NCBI GenBank assembly: GCA_902607805.1
Contig: CACLLR010000001.1
Coordinates: 15,992 to 79,991 of the forward strand
Length of the DNA: 64,000 nucleotides
DNA from: an uncultured Pelagibacteraceae bacterium
GTDB taxonomy: Bacteria > Pseudomonadota > Alphaproteobacteria > Pelagibacterales > Pelagibacteraceae
Direction of reading: 5' to 3'
In this document: positions 34,730 to 45,210 of the stretch, in pieces
Position numbering within the stretch: position 1 is the first letter of the stretch
Layout: each line of letters begins with the position of its first letter
Translations under genes and position numbers: made by a program
Notes under the pieces: model-generated
What the model was told of the DNA's origin: nothing
Databases searched by the model: none
What the model saw: only the letters and a program-made list of their open reading frames with translations

Positions 34730-36330
34730 TAAATGCTTGCCGGAGCATTATCTTTAAATAATTTATAATCTAAGCTATCAACTAGTGCTTTAAAAGAAGC
34801 ATCTATAATGTTAGTTGATACGCCAATTGTAAACCAATTTATTCCTTTTGAGTCTGTGCTTTCAATTGAAACTCTAGTTACAGCTTCGGTTCCTGTGTTT
34901 AATATTCTAACCTTGTAATCTACCAACCTTAAATCTTTTAAATATTTTGAATATTTAGCTAATTTATCAACATTATTTCGAATTGCATTATCAAGTGCGT
35001 GCACTGGTCCATTTCCCTCACCTTCACATAATATCAATTGTTTATCTACTTCTAATTGTGCTTTTGCTGAGGAAATTATATTGCCTTTCGAATCTTTTTT
35101 AACACTTACGTCATATTCTTTAATTAAAATATATCTTGGTATTTCATCCATTATTCTTCTTGCTAAAAGTTCAAAAGATGCATCTGCTCCATCGTAACTA
35201 TATCCAATAAATTCTCTATCTTTTACTTCGTCTAAGAGTTTTTTAATTTTTGGATCATCACCTTTAAAATCTATTCCAATAGATTTTAATCTAGAAACAA
35301 TATTTGATTTTCCAGCTTGATCAGATACAACAATATTTCTTGTATTTCCAACAAGTTTTGGTTCTATATGTTCATAAGTCTTTGGATCTTTTTGTACAGC
35401 AGACACATGCAAACCACCTTTATGTGAAAATGCTGCGGCACCAACATATGGCAAATGTTGATTTGGTTTACGATTTAATATTTCATCTAATAATCTAGAG
35501 CATTGAGTTAATTTGCTAATATTTTCAGATTTAATATTAGTTGTAAAATTTTTATTATAATTTTCTTTTAAATGTATAGTTGGAATAATTGACATTAGAT
35601 TTGCATTTCCACATCTTTCTCCTAACCCATTGATAGTACCTTGAATTTGTCTTGCTCCAGCTAAAATAGCCGCCAATGAATTTGCAACTGCATTTCCTGT
35701 ATCATTATGAGCATGTATACCTAAATTTTTTCCAGGTATATGTTTAATTACTTCTGAAACAATATTTGTTACTTCGTTTGGAAGAGTGCCTCCATTTGTA
35801 TCGCACAAAACTATCCATCTGGCACCATTATCATATGCAGATTTAATACATGAAATGGCATATTCTTTATTATTTTTAAATCCATCAAAAAAGTGTTCTG
35901 CATCAAACATAAATTCTTTTTTTTCTTTAACAAAATGTTTTGCACTTTCACTTATATTTTCTAAATTCTCCTCATTAGTTATTCCTAAAGCTACATCAAC
36001 ATGAAAATCCCATGATTTGCCAACTAAACATACAGCTGGACTATTACTATTAATCAAAGCTGATAGGCCTGGATCATTTTCTGCGCTTCTGCCTGTTTTT
36101 TTAGTCATACCAAATGCAGTTAATATAGAATTATTTAAATTAATTTTTTTTTGAAAAAATTCTGTATCTGTTGGATTAGCTCCAGGCCATCCTCCTTCTA
36201 TATAATCGACACCCAAATCATCTAAGGACTGAGCAATTTTTAACTTATCATCTAAAGAAAAGTCTACACCTTGTGTCTGGGCTCCATCCCTCAATGTAGT
36301 GTCAAATATATATAATTTTTCTTTATTCAT
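34729..36330 (-). CDS. cimA: Citramalate synthase
   Basis: DTTLRDGAQ, EGGWPGANP, DAEHFFDG, HKGGLHVSA, YKVRIL. Confidence 0.92.
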   Translation of the reverse strand: MNKEKLYIFDTTLRDGAQTQGVDFSLDDKLKIAQSLDDLGVDYIEGGWPGANPTDTEFFQKKINLNNSILTAFGMTKKTGRSAENDPGLSALINSNSPAVCLVGKSWDFHVDVALGITNEENLENISESAKHFVKEKKEFMFDAEHFFDGFKNNKEYAISCIKSAYDNGARWIVLCDTNGGTLPNEVTNIVSEVIKHIPGKNLGIHAHNDTGNAVANSLAAILAGARQIQGTINGLGERCGNANLMSIIPTIHLKENYNKNFTTNIKSENISKLTQCSRLLDEILNRKPNQHLPYVGAAAFSHKGGLHVSAVQKDPKTYEHIEPKLVGNTRNIVVSDQAGKSNIVSRLKSIGIDFKGDDPKIKKLLDEVKDREFIGYSYDGADASFELLARRIMDEIPRYILIKEYDVSVKKDSKGNIISSAKAQLEVDKQLILCEGEGNGPVHALDNAIRNNVDKLAKYSKYLKDLRLVDYKVRILNTGTEAVTRVSIESTDSKGINWFTIGVSTNIIDASFKALVDSLDYKLFKDNAPASI

Positions 36331-37688
36331 TTAATTTTCCATGTTGTTTTACCGTCTTTATCTTCTAATAATACGTCGTTTTGCAAAAGTTCATCTCTAA
36401 TTTTATCTGCAAGTGTATAATCTTTGTTGTCTCTAGCTTTATTTCGTTCATCAATTTTAGCTAAAATATCTTTTTCTGAAAGTTTTGATTTCATTTTTTT
36501 TGATTGTTCCCATGTATCTTTATCTACATCAAGTAATCCGATAAAATTACAAGCAGATGTAAAAATTTCTTTATCTTTTAAATTACCTTTTAGAGATTTT
36601 TCATACAACCGGTGTAAATTTGCAATGTATCCTGGGGTATTTAAATCATCATTTAAAGGATTTAAAAATTCATCAGGAATTAATACTTTTTTATTTAAAT
36701 TAACATAGCTTTGATACCATTTATTTATTGTATTTTGGCAATTATTAATTAATTGATCATTCCAATCTAGTTGTTGTTTATAATGAGTGCTCATTAAAGC
36801 TAACCTTAGAACCTGACCATCTATTTTATTTTTAAAATCTTTTATTTTTAAAATATTTCCTTGTGACTTTGCCATTTTTTCGTTTGACATTGTAATAAAA
36901 CCATTATGCACCCAGTAATTTGCAAATACATCATTATTGTTTGCACATCTTGATTGAGCAATTTCATTTTCATGATGAGGAAAAATTAAATCTCTTCCAC
37001 CGCCATGAATATCAAACTTATCTCCTAAATATTTTTTTGACATTACAGAACATTCTAAATGCCAACCCGGTCTACCTTTCCCCCAAGGAGAATCCCAATA
37101 TGGCTCCTCATCTTTTGATGGTTTCCATAATACAAAATCTTCTGGATTTTTTTTATTTTCAGATATTTCAACTCTTGATCCAGCTATAAGTTCATCTAAA
37201 TTTTTATTGGATAGTTTTCCATAATCTTTAAATTTTTTAACTTCAAAATACACATGTTCATTATTTGAATATGCATAACCAATTTCTAATAATTGATTTA
37301 TCATTTCAATCATTAGTGAAATATTATCTGTTGCTTTAGGTTCGTAAGTTGGTTTCAGGCAATTTAAATAAGAACAATCATCATGAAAGTTTTTTGTAAT
37401 TTTTTTTGTTAATTCTTCAGTTGATATTTTTTTTTCTATTGATGATTGTATAATTTTATCATCTATATCTGTAATGTTTCTTACGTATGTTACTAGGTTG
37501 TCACCAAAGTTACACTTTAAAATTCTAAATAAGATATCAAAAACTACTAATGGTCTAGCGTTTCCAATATGAGGATCATCGTAAACTGTAGGACCGCATA
37601 CGTACATTTTTATTTGATTTTTATCAATTGGAATAAATTTTTCTTTTTTATTTCCAAGACTATTAGTTAAATAAATATCTTTTTTCAT
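36327..37688 (-). CDS. cysS: Cysteine--tRNA ligase
   Basis: YVCGPTVY, HIGNAR, GRPGWHLECS, FPHHENE, KMAKS. Confidence 0.98.
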   Translation of the reverse strand: MKKDIYLTNSLGNKKEKFIPIDKNQIKMYVCGPTVYDDPHIGNARPLVVFDILFRILKCNFGDNLVTYVRNITDIDDKIIQSSIEKKISTEELTKKITKNFHDDCSYLNCLKPTYEPKATDNISLMIEMINQLLEIGYAYSNNEHVYFEVKKFKDYGKLSNKNLDELIAGSRVEISENKKNPEDFVLWKPSKDEEPYWDSPWGKGRPGWHLECSVMSKKYLGDKFDIHGGGRDLIFPHHENEIAQSRCANNNDVFANYWVHNGFITMSNEKMAKSQGNILKIKDFKNKIDGQVLRLALMSTHYKQQLDWNDQLINNCQNTINKWYQSYVNLNKKVLIPDEFLNPLNDDLNTPGYIANLHRLYEKSLKGNLKDKEIFTSACNFIGLLDVDKDTWEQSKKMKSKLSEKDILAKIDERNKARDNKDYTLADKIRDELLQNDVLLEDKDGKTTWKIK

Positions 37689-37689
37689 T

Positions 37690-38427
37690 TCATTTAGGAA
37701 TTTTACAAACTGGAATTGGTTCCATTTTATGCAAGTTTACTTTTCTTATTTCAAGATATTTGGATCTATTTTGAGAATTCGGATTATTCATGGCCTCTTC
37801 TAATTGTTCATATGACATCCCTAATTGACTGGCATCAGTTCTTCCGTCATCCCAAAGTCCATCTGTCGGTGGAGCTTTAATTATTTCATCAATAATATTT
37901 AATTCTTTTCCCAACTCCCAAACTTCAGTCTTTGTACAATCGGCAATTGGAGAAATATCTACTCCTCCATCTCCATACTTTGTGTAAAAGCCCACTCCAA
38001 AGTCTTCAACTTTATTTCCAGTTCCAACAACAATTCCACTGGTAGCCGCTGCAACTTGATAAAGAGTTGTCATTCTTATTCTGGCTCTAGAATTAGCCAT
38101 TCCATGTTCACTATCAAAATTAGATAGTTTTGATTCAAAAGATTTAAACACATCTTCAAGTTCAATCAAATTTGTTTCAACGTTTTTATATTTTTTTTGA
38201 AGCCATTCTTTATGTTTAATACTTAAGTCATGTTGTGAAGAAATTTGCTTAATTGGCATTGATAAAACTATAGTCTTTATACCTGTCATTGCACACAAAG
38301 TACTAGTTACGGATGAATCTATTCCTCCAGATATTCCAATTACTAATGATTGTGCCTTTTTTGGCATTGAGTTTACATAATCCAATATCCAATCTTTTAT
38401 AAATATAGTTTTTTCTTTTACTTCCAT
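37690..38427 (-). CDS. nadE: NH3-dependent NAD+ synthetase
   Basis: GISGGIDS, ARIRM, GFYTKYGDG, PTDGLW. Confidence 0.95.
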   Translation of the reverse strand: MEVKEKTIFIKDWILDYVNSMPKKAQSLVIGISGGIDSSVTSTLCAMTGIKTIVLSMPIKQISSQHDLSIKHKEWLQKKYKNVETNLIELEDVFKSFESKLSNFDSEHGMANSRARIRMTTLYQVAAATSGIVVGTGNKVEDFGVGFYTKYGDGGVDISPIADCTKTEVWELGKELNIIDEIIKAPPTDGLWDDGRTDASQLGMSYEQLEEAMNNPNSQNRSKYLEIRKVNLHKMEPIPVCKIPK

Positions 38428-38464
38428 AAATCAAATATACTTTATAGGATTTCTTTTATAAAGC

Positions 38465-39844
38465 TTAAGATACAGCTCTAATGCCGCTTCTTGCATAAAT
38501 AGAATTCTTTTTAATCTCATCAGAAATTAAAAATGCAAGTTCTAAAGCTTGATTAGCGTTTAATCTTGGATCGCAATGCGTACGATATCTACTTGATAAA
38601 TCTTGGTCAGAAATTTTTTGAGTTCCACCAGTACATTCAGTTACATTTTGACCTGTCATTTCAATGTGTAACCCACCTGCATAAGATCCTTCGTTTTGAT
38701 GAACAGCAAAAACATTTTTTACCTCTTTTAAAACATTGTTAAACGGTCTTGTTTTAAATCCAGTAGTAGATTTAATTGTATTCCCATGCATAGGGTCACA
38801 TGACCAAATAACATTTAAACCTTCTTTTTTTACTGCTCTAATTAATTTAGGTAAAAATTTTTCAACGTTCTCATGACCAAATCTTGAAATTAAAGTTATT
38901 TTTCCTTTTTCATTATTTGGATTTAATACGTTACATATCTTGACAATTTCATCTGGCTTAGATGTTGGTCCACATTTAATTCCTATTGGATTTTCGATTC
39001 CTCTGCAAAATTCAACATGTCCTCCATCTATTTGTCTAGTTCTATCTCCAATCCAAACAAAATGAGCCGAGGTATCATGATATTCTCCTGTTGTAGAATC
39101 AACTCTTGTCATGCTCTCTTCGAATGGAAGCAATAATGCTTCATGTGAAGTCCAAAAATTTACTGTCTTTAATCTTCTGTTAAAATCAGAATTTATTCCA
39201 CATGCGTCCATGAATGCTAATGCATCTGCAATTTTATCTTCTAATTCTTTAAACTTTTTTGCCTGTGGACTTTTTTTTATGTAGCCTAAATTCCAAAGAT
39301 GTACTTTCTTTAAGTCTGCAAATCCTCCATGACAAAAAGCTCTTATTAAATTTAAAGTAGAAGCTGCTTGTGAATATGCTTTAAACAACCTTTTTGGATC
39401 AGGTTTTCTTGATTTTTCATTAAACTCTATCCCATTTATATTGTCGCCTAAATAACTTGGCAACTCTTTATCACCTTGCTTTTCAGTAGGAGCACTTCTA
39501 GGTTTAGAAAATTGTCCAGCAATCCTTCCAAGTTTTACAACAGGCAAAGATGCAGAATAAGTTAAAACCAAAGACATCTGTAAAATAACTTTAAAATAAT
39601 CTCTTATATTGTCTGGATTAAATTCAACAAAACTTTCTGCGCAATCTCCACCTTGTAATAAAAAAGCTTTACCATCAACAACATCTGCAAGTTGTTGTTT
39701 TAAATGTCTAGTTTCTCCAGCAAATACTAAAGGAGGAAAATTTCTAATTTTGTTAAGAACCATATTAAGTTCTTTTTCATCCTCATATGTAGGAATGTGT
39801 TTTACCGGATAATTTCTCCAACTATTTAATTTCCATTTTTTCAT
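38465..39844 (-). CDS. Class II DAHP synthase
   Basis: QGGDCAESF, GRIAGQFSKPRS, CDPMHGNT, CDPRLN. Confidence 0.96.
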   Translation of the reverse strand: MKKWKLNSWRNYPVKHIPTYEDEKELNMVLNKIRNFPPLVFAGETRHLKQQLADVVDGKAFLLQGGDCAESFVEFNPDNIRDYFKVILQMSLVLTYSASLPVVKLGRIAGQFSKPRSAPTEKQGDKELPSYLGDNINGIEFNEKSRKPDPKRLFKAYSQAASTLNLIRAFCHGGFADLKKVHLWNLGYIKKSPQAKKFKELEDKIADALAFMDACGINSDFNRRLKTVNFWTSHEALLLPFEESMTRVDSTTGEYHDTSAHFVWIGDRTRQIDGGHVEFCRGIENPIGIKCGPTSKPDEIVKICNVLNPNNEKGKITLISRFGHENVEKFLPKLIRAVKKEGLNVIWSCDPMHGNTIKSTTGFKTRPFNNVLKEVKNVFAVHQNEGSYAGGLHIEMTGQNVTECTGGTQKISDQDLSSRYRTHCDPRLNANQALELAFLISDEIKKNSIYARSGIRAVS

Positions 39845-39880
39845 AATTCAACCCAAGGGTGTTCTATCAAAGTTTTACAA

Positions 39881-41701
39881 TTATTCAACAGTGACTGATT
39901 TTGCCAAATTTCTAGGTTTATCTATATCATAACCTTTTTTTAGTGCAGCATAATAGGCTAATTTTTGAATTGGTATTGTTATTAAAAATGGGAAAAGATC
40001 ATTAGACGTATTTTCTACTTCAATTTTTTCCCATATATTTTCAGAAAAAATTTCTTCTTTGCTTTTGTTTGTTATAAGTAAAACTTTAGCTCCTCTTGCT
40101 ATAACTTCTTGCATATTAGAAATGGTTTTTTTGTAATACTCATCTCTAGGAGCTAGCACAACAACTGGTATACCATCTTCTATTAAGGCTAAAGGACCAT
40201 GCTTCATTTCACCTGCTGGATAACCTTCAGCATGAACATAAGAAAGTTCTTTTAATTTTAATGCTCCTTCTAAAGCTATTGAATAAGAAAATCCTCTTCC
40301 CAAAAACATTGAACCTTTTGCTTCTGTAAAAGTTCCTGAAATAGATTGTATTTTACTTTCAGTTAAAAGTGTTTTTTCTACTAGTTCCGGTAGTTCTTTT
40401 AGGGCTTTAATTTTTTTAATATATAAATTTTTATCAATTTCTTTTCTTAAATAAGAAATTTTTAAAATTAATATATATAAAACAAGCATTTGACCTATAA
40501 ATGCTTTAGTTGATGCTACGCCAACTTCAGGACCACAATGAATTGGTAAAACAAAATTTGAGTCCCTTGCTATTGAACTTTCAATGACATTAACAATGCT
40601 GGCTGTTTTCATCTTATTTTTATTACATATATCTAAAGCAGCATAAGTATCTGCTGTTTCTCCAGATTGAGAAACAAAAATGTAAAGATTGTCTTTTTTA
40701 AATCTATTTTTTCGATATCTAAACTCAGATGCAATATCAATATTAACATCTAAAGAGCTTAATTCTTCTATCCAATACTTTGCCATTAAACAAGAATGAT
40801 AGGCAGTTCCACATCCTATTAAAGTTACAGATGAAATATCATTTATCTTCCATGGAAAATTATAGATATTTATATCATTGTTTATATTGTCAATATATTC
40901 TTTAATGCAATTTTTTATTGTTATTGGCTGTTCATCAATTTCTTTGGCCATATAATGCTTATAATCACCCTTACCATAATTTTCTTCATTCGAAGACAAT
41001 TTTAAAACTTTTTTGTTTAATTTAATTCCATTGTTATCAAAAAATTCAACATGATTTTTTTTAACAATACAAAAATCTCCATCATCTAAATATGATATTT
41101 TATTGGTCATAGATTTTAAAGCATATGAGTCAGAACCTAAATAATTTTCATTTGGTCCATATCCAACTGCTAATGGCGAACCTCTTCTCGCACCCACGAT
41201 CAAATCTGGATGATCTTTAAATATAATTGCTAAAGCAAAACTACCTTCTAGTTGATTTAACATTTTTAAAATTGATTCTTTTAAATCATTTTTTTTTAAT
41301 AACTCTGTAATTAGATGTACTATTACTTCAGTGTCAGTTTGAGATTTAAACTTATGTCCTATAGAGACCAAATTTTTTTTTAAATTTGTCGAATTCTCTA
41401 TAATACCATTATGAACTACAGATACTGACTCTGATGAATGTGGATGTGCATTTATTTTATTTGGAACACCATGAGTAGCCCATCTTACATGGCCTATTCC
41501 TACAGATCCTATCATGTTTTTTGTATCAATATTTTTTTCTAATTTTTCTACCCTTCCTTCTGATTTAACCTCATTTATAAAACCATTCGATAATGTTGCT
41601 ATCCCAGCTGAGTCGTAGCCTCTATATTCTAATTTTCTTAGTGAATTAATTATTGATACAGAAACAGGTTTGTTACTTGTTATTCCAACTATTCCACACA
41701 T
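39881..41701 (-). CDS. glmS: Glutamine--fructose-6-phosphate transaminase
   Basis: MCGIVG, LEYRGYDSAG, SQSGETADT, PRNLAKSVTVE. Confidence 0.98.
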   Translation of the reverse strand: MCGIVGITSNKPVSVSIINSLRKLEYRGYDSAGIATLSNGFINEVKSEGRVEKLEKNIDTKNMIGSVGIGHVRWATHGVPNKINAHPHSSESVSVVHNGIIENSTNLKKNLVSIGHKFKSQTDTEVIVHLITELLKKNDLKESILKMLNQLEGSFALAIIFKDHPDLIVGARRGSPLAVGYGPNENYLGSDSYALKSMTNKISYLDDGDFCIVKKNHVEFFDNNGIKLNKKVLKLSSNEENYGKGDYKHYMAKEIDEQPITIKNCIKEYIDNINNDINIYNFPWKINDISSVTLIGCGTAYHSCLMAKYWIEELSSLDVNIDIASEFRYRKNRFKKDNLYIFVSQSGETADTYAALDICNKNKMKTASIVNVIESSIARDSNFVLPIHCGPEVGVASTKAFIGQMLVLYILILKISYLRKEIDKNLYIKKIKALKELPELVEKTLLTESKIQSISGTFTEAKGSMFLGRGFSYSIALEGALKLKELSYVHAEGYPAGEMKHGPLALIEDGIPVVVLAPRDEYYKKTISNMQEVIARGAKVLLITNKSKEEIFSENIWEKIEVENTSNDLFPFLITIPIQKLAYYAALKKGYDIDKPRNLAKSVTVE

Positions 41702-42312
41702 TATTTTTTTCTTTTATAATTTTTAATTTCAATTTGCGAAGTTCTCGTTAAAGCCAAAGATTTTTTATTAACATTTTTTGTAATAACTGATCCAGCGCCA
41801 ACTACACTACTTTCTTTAATAGTTAATGGCGCAACTAACGAAGAGTTAGAACCGATAAAAACCTTATCTTCAATTTTAGTTTTATTTTTTTTAATTCCAT
41901 CATAATTACAAGTAATTGTTCCTGCTCCTATATTCACTTTTTTTCCTAAATTAGTGTCCCCAACATATGATAAATGATTTACTTTGGAATCTTTTCCTAT
42001 AGTACTTTTTTTAACTTCAACAAAATTTCCAACTCTTGAGCCTGATTTCAAAACAGATCCTGGTCTTAATCTTGCATAAGGTCCAACGCTAACATTATTT
42101 TCAATTTTGGTATTTTCTAAGTGTGTAAATGAATGAATTATTACATTATTATAAATCTTAACTTTTTTTCCTATAACTACAAAAGGTTCAATAGATACAT
42201 TTTTTCCAATTTTTGTATCTTTAGAAAAAAAGACTGTATCTGGTGCAATCATTTTTACACCCTTTTTTATAAATTTTTTTCTTAAATTATTTTGTATATT
42301 TATTTGTTTCAT
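41701..42312 (-). CDS. glmU: GlmU C-terminal acetyltransferase (hexapeptide) domain only
   Basis: VGPYARLRPG, GNFVEVKK, HLSYVGD, GAGTITCNYDG, FIGSNSSLVAP; 203 aa, directly upstream of glmS. Confidence 0.88.
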   Translation of the reverse strand: MKQINIQNNLRKKFIKKGVKMIAPDTVFFSKDTKIGKNVSIEPFVVIGKKVKIYNNVIIHSFTHLENTKIENNVSVGPYARLRPGSVLKSGSRVGNFVEVKKSTIGKDSKVNHLSYVGDTNLGKKVNIGAGTITCNYDGIKKNKTKIEDKVFIGSNSSLVAPLTIKESSVVGAGSVITKNVNKKSLALTRTSQIEIKNYKRKK

Positions 42313-42385
42313 TTACTAAAATTTCTTATATTGAACTAATAATGATCTTTAACTCACAAATTATTTCCTAATAATACTTTTAAAT

Positions 42386-43075
42386 ATGACTCAAAAATTA
42401 ACAATTTTATTTGATCTTGACGGAACTTTGGCTGACACAGCTCCTGATCTTATGATTGCACATAATCACGTTATGAAGAAATTTGGTTATAATTCTAAGA
42501 GTCTTGAAGAATTAAGAAAATTTGTTGGAAAAGGGGCTGCCGTAATGATTGGAAGATCACTTTGGAGTAGCGCTAGAAAAGAATTATCAAAAATTACTGA
42601 TGAGAAGATTAAAAATGAAATGGTAAAAGAATTTCTTGATTTTTATGGAAACAATATAGTTGTCGAAAGTAAACTTATAGATGGCGTATATGATTTTTTA
42701 AAATGGTCAAAATCAAATAACATTTCTATGGGTGTTTGTACAAACAAACAAGAAAAATTAGCAATTGATTTTCTAAAAAAAATAAAAATTTATGATTTTT
42801 TTGAATATGTATCAGGTGGAAATACTTTTGATTATTGTAAACCAGATCCAAGACATTTAACAAGCACTATAGAAATAATGAATGGAGATGTTGAAAAAAG
42901 TTTAATGATTGGTGACAGTGAAAATGATGCTGAAGCTGCAAAGGCCGCAGGAATTCCCATGATCCTTTTGCAAGATGGGTATACTGAAAAAAAAGTAAAT
43001 CAAATTTATCATAATCATTTAATTAAAAATTTTGTAGGTCTAGAAAAAATAATATCAAAATATATAAATGATTGA
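42386..43075 (+). CDS. HAD-IA hydrolase / phosphoglycolate phosphatase-like
   Basis: FDLDGTLAD, CTNK, KPDP, IGDSEND. Confidence 0.88.
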   Translation: MTQKLTILFDLDGTLADTAPDLMIAHNHVMKKFGYNSKSLEELRKFVGKGAAVMIGRSLWSSARKELSKITDEKIKNEMVKEFLDFYGNNIVVESKLIDGVYDFLKWSKSNNISMGVCTNKQEKLAIDFLKKIKIYDFFEYVSGGNTFDYCKPDPRHLTSTIEIMNGDVEKSLMIGDSENDAEAAKAAGIPMILLQDGYTEKKVNQIYHNHLIKNFVGLEKIISKYIND

Positions 43076-43670
43076 TTTAAATGTTTTAATTGCACTAATT
43101 AGTTATTATTTTGTAATGTATGTTACTCCAGGTCCAAATAATGCAATGGTTTTGACTTCTGGTTTAAAATTTGGCTTTTCAAGAACCATTCCTCATATAT
43201 CTGGAATTACCATAGGTCATATTTTACAGTTAATCTTAGTATGCCTTGGATTAGGAAAAATTTTTCAAATTTTTCCAGAAATACAAAATATACTTAAAAT
43301 ACTTTGTTCAATATATTTATTATATCTAGGTTTCAAAATTATTGGTTCTTTTAGCAAAATTAAAGAAGATGATTCAAGACCATTAAAATTTTATGAAGCT
43401 GCGTTATTTCAAATTGTAAATCCTAAAGCTTGGACAATTTCTACAATGGCAGCTTCGGGTTTTTTACCTAAAGATGGTAATTTAATTATATCAATATTTT
43501 TTATAGCAACTACAGCGTTAATTATATGTCCTTTATCAATATCGCCCTGGGCTGCCTTTGGATCTGCAATTAGAAATTTGGTAAAGAACAATAAAATAAA
43601 AGCTATAATAGAGTATTTTTTGGCATTTTTACTTTTAGTTACTGCCATTTTGATTGTAATGCAAAAATAA
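43068..43670 (+). CDS. LysE/RhtB family translocator
   Basis: TPGPNN, FQIVNPKAW. Confidence 0.9.
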   Translation: MIDLNVLIALISYYFVMYVTPGPNNAMVLTSGLKFGFSRTIPHISGITIGHILQLILVCLGLGKIFQIFPEIQNILKILCSIYLLYLGFKIIGSFSKIKEDDSRPLKFYEAALFQIVNPKAWTISTMAASGFLPKDGNLIISIFFIATTALIICPLSISPWAAFGSAIRNLVKNNKIKAIIEYFLAFLLLVTAILIVMQK

Positions 43671-43707
43671 TTTATTATTAGTATAAACAATTATTTAAGG
43701 AGACAAT

Positions 43708-45210
43708 TTGATTTTACATAAAGTAAAAGTTTACCCCTCTAAAGTAAATTTACCTAAAAAAAAACAACTTGCTTGGAAGATTGCCGAAGTTGCAAGTGAT
43801 AATGCTAAATTAAATATGAAATCTATAGAAATGGCAATAAATAGAATTATAGATAATGCTTCTGTTGCAATAGCATCCTTAAATAGAAAACCAGTAATTT
43901 CTGCAAGAGAAATGGCCATAAAACATGCTAGAAAAAAAGGAGCAACAATATTTGGTATTAACACAAAGTTTAAATTTGATTGCGAATGGGCCGCTTGGTC
44001 AAATGGTACAGCTGTAAGAGAGCTTGATTTTCATGATACTTTTTTAGCTGCTGATTATAGTCATCCGGGTGACAACATTCCTTCTCTAATAGCTGTTGCT
44101 GAACAAAAAGGAAGGAGTGGCTTAGATTTATTAAGAGGTATTATAACAGCCTATGAAATTCAGGTAAATTTAGTAAAAGGAATTTGTTTGCATAAACATA
44201 AAATAGATCATATTGCCCATTTAGGACCAAGTGTTGCTGCAGGAATAGGATCTATGTTAAAACTAAATACAGAAACAATTTACCAATCAATACAGCAAGC
44301 TCTTCACACAACAATTTCTACAAGGCAATCTAGAAAAGGTGAAATTTCAAGTTGGAAAGCTTACGCGCCAGCACACGCAGGAAAATTAGCTATAGAAGCT
44401 GTAGACCGTGCAATGAGAGGAGAAGGTGCGCCAAGTCCAATTTATGAAGGTGAAGATAGTATAATAGCAAGAATACTTGATGGTAAAAAAGCATTATATA
44501 AAATTCCATTACCAAAAAAAAAAGAGCAAAAGAAAGCTATTCTCGAAACTTATACAAAAGAATACTCTGCTGAATATCAGGCACAAGCATTAATTGACAT
44601 AGCAAAAAAATTAAATAAAAAAATTAAAGACTTAAATCAAATTAAAAATATAGATATTTATACCAGTCATCATACACATTATGTAATTGGAACTGGTTCT
44701 AACGATCCACAAAAAATGGATCCTAATGCAAGTAGAGAAACATTAGATCACTCAATAATGTATATATTTGCAGTAGCTCTAGAAGATGGCAAGTGGCATC
44801 ATATAAAATCTTATACAAAATCAAGAGCTAATCGTAAAAGTACAATAAAGATTTGGCGTTCTATTAAAACGCATGAAGATAAAAAATGGACCAAAAAATA
44901 TCATGATTCAAATCCAAAAAATAAATCATTTGGCGCTAAAGTAATTGTTACATTAAAAAATAAAAAAAAAATTTCAGAAAGTTTAGATAAAGCAGATGCC
45001 CATCCATTTGGTAATAGACCTTTTAAAAGAGTTGATTATATTAATAAATTCTTGACATTAACAAGAAATATTATTTCATTGAAAGAAAGTAATAGGTTTT
45101 TAAATTTTGTAGAAAAACTTAAAAAAATTAAGTCAGGACAGTTACATAAGATAAATATTGTTGTCAGCAATTCAAAATTAAAAAGAAATAATAAAAAAGG
45201 AATTTTTTAA
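43708..45210 (+). CDS. prpD: 2-methylcitrate dehydratase (MmgE/PrpD)
   Basis: RELDFHDTFLAADYSHPGDN, ISSWK, RETLDHS; TTG start after AAGGAG RBS. Confidence 0.93.
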   Translation: MILHKVKVYPSKVNLPKKKQLAWKIAEVASDNAKLNMKSIEMAINRIIDNASVAIASLNRKPVISAREMAIKHARKKGATIFGINTKFKFDCEWAAWSNGTAVRELDFHDTFLAADYSHPGDNIPSLIAVAEQKGRSGLDLLRGIITAYEIQVNLVKGICLHKHKIDHIAHLGPSVAAGIGSMLKLNTETIYQSIQQALHTTISTRQSRKGEISSWKAYAPAHAGKLAIEAVDRAMRGEGAPSPIYEGEDSIIARILDGKKALYKIPLPKKKEQKKAILETYTKEYSAEYQAQALIDIAKKLNKKIKDLNQIKNIDIYTSHHTHYVIGTGSNDPQKMDPNASRETLDHSIMYIFAVALEDGKWHHIKSYTKSRANRKSTIKIWRSIKTHEDKKWTKKYHDSNPKNKSFGAKVIVTLKNKKKISESLDKADAHPFGNRPFKRVDYINKFLTLTRNIISLKESNRFLNFVEKLKKIKSGQLHKINIVVSNSKLKRNNKKGIF

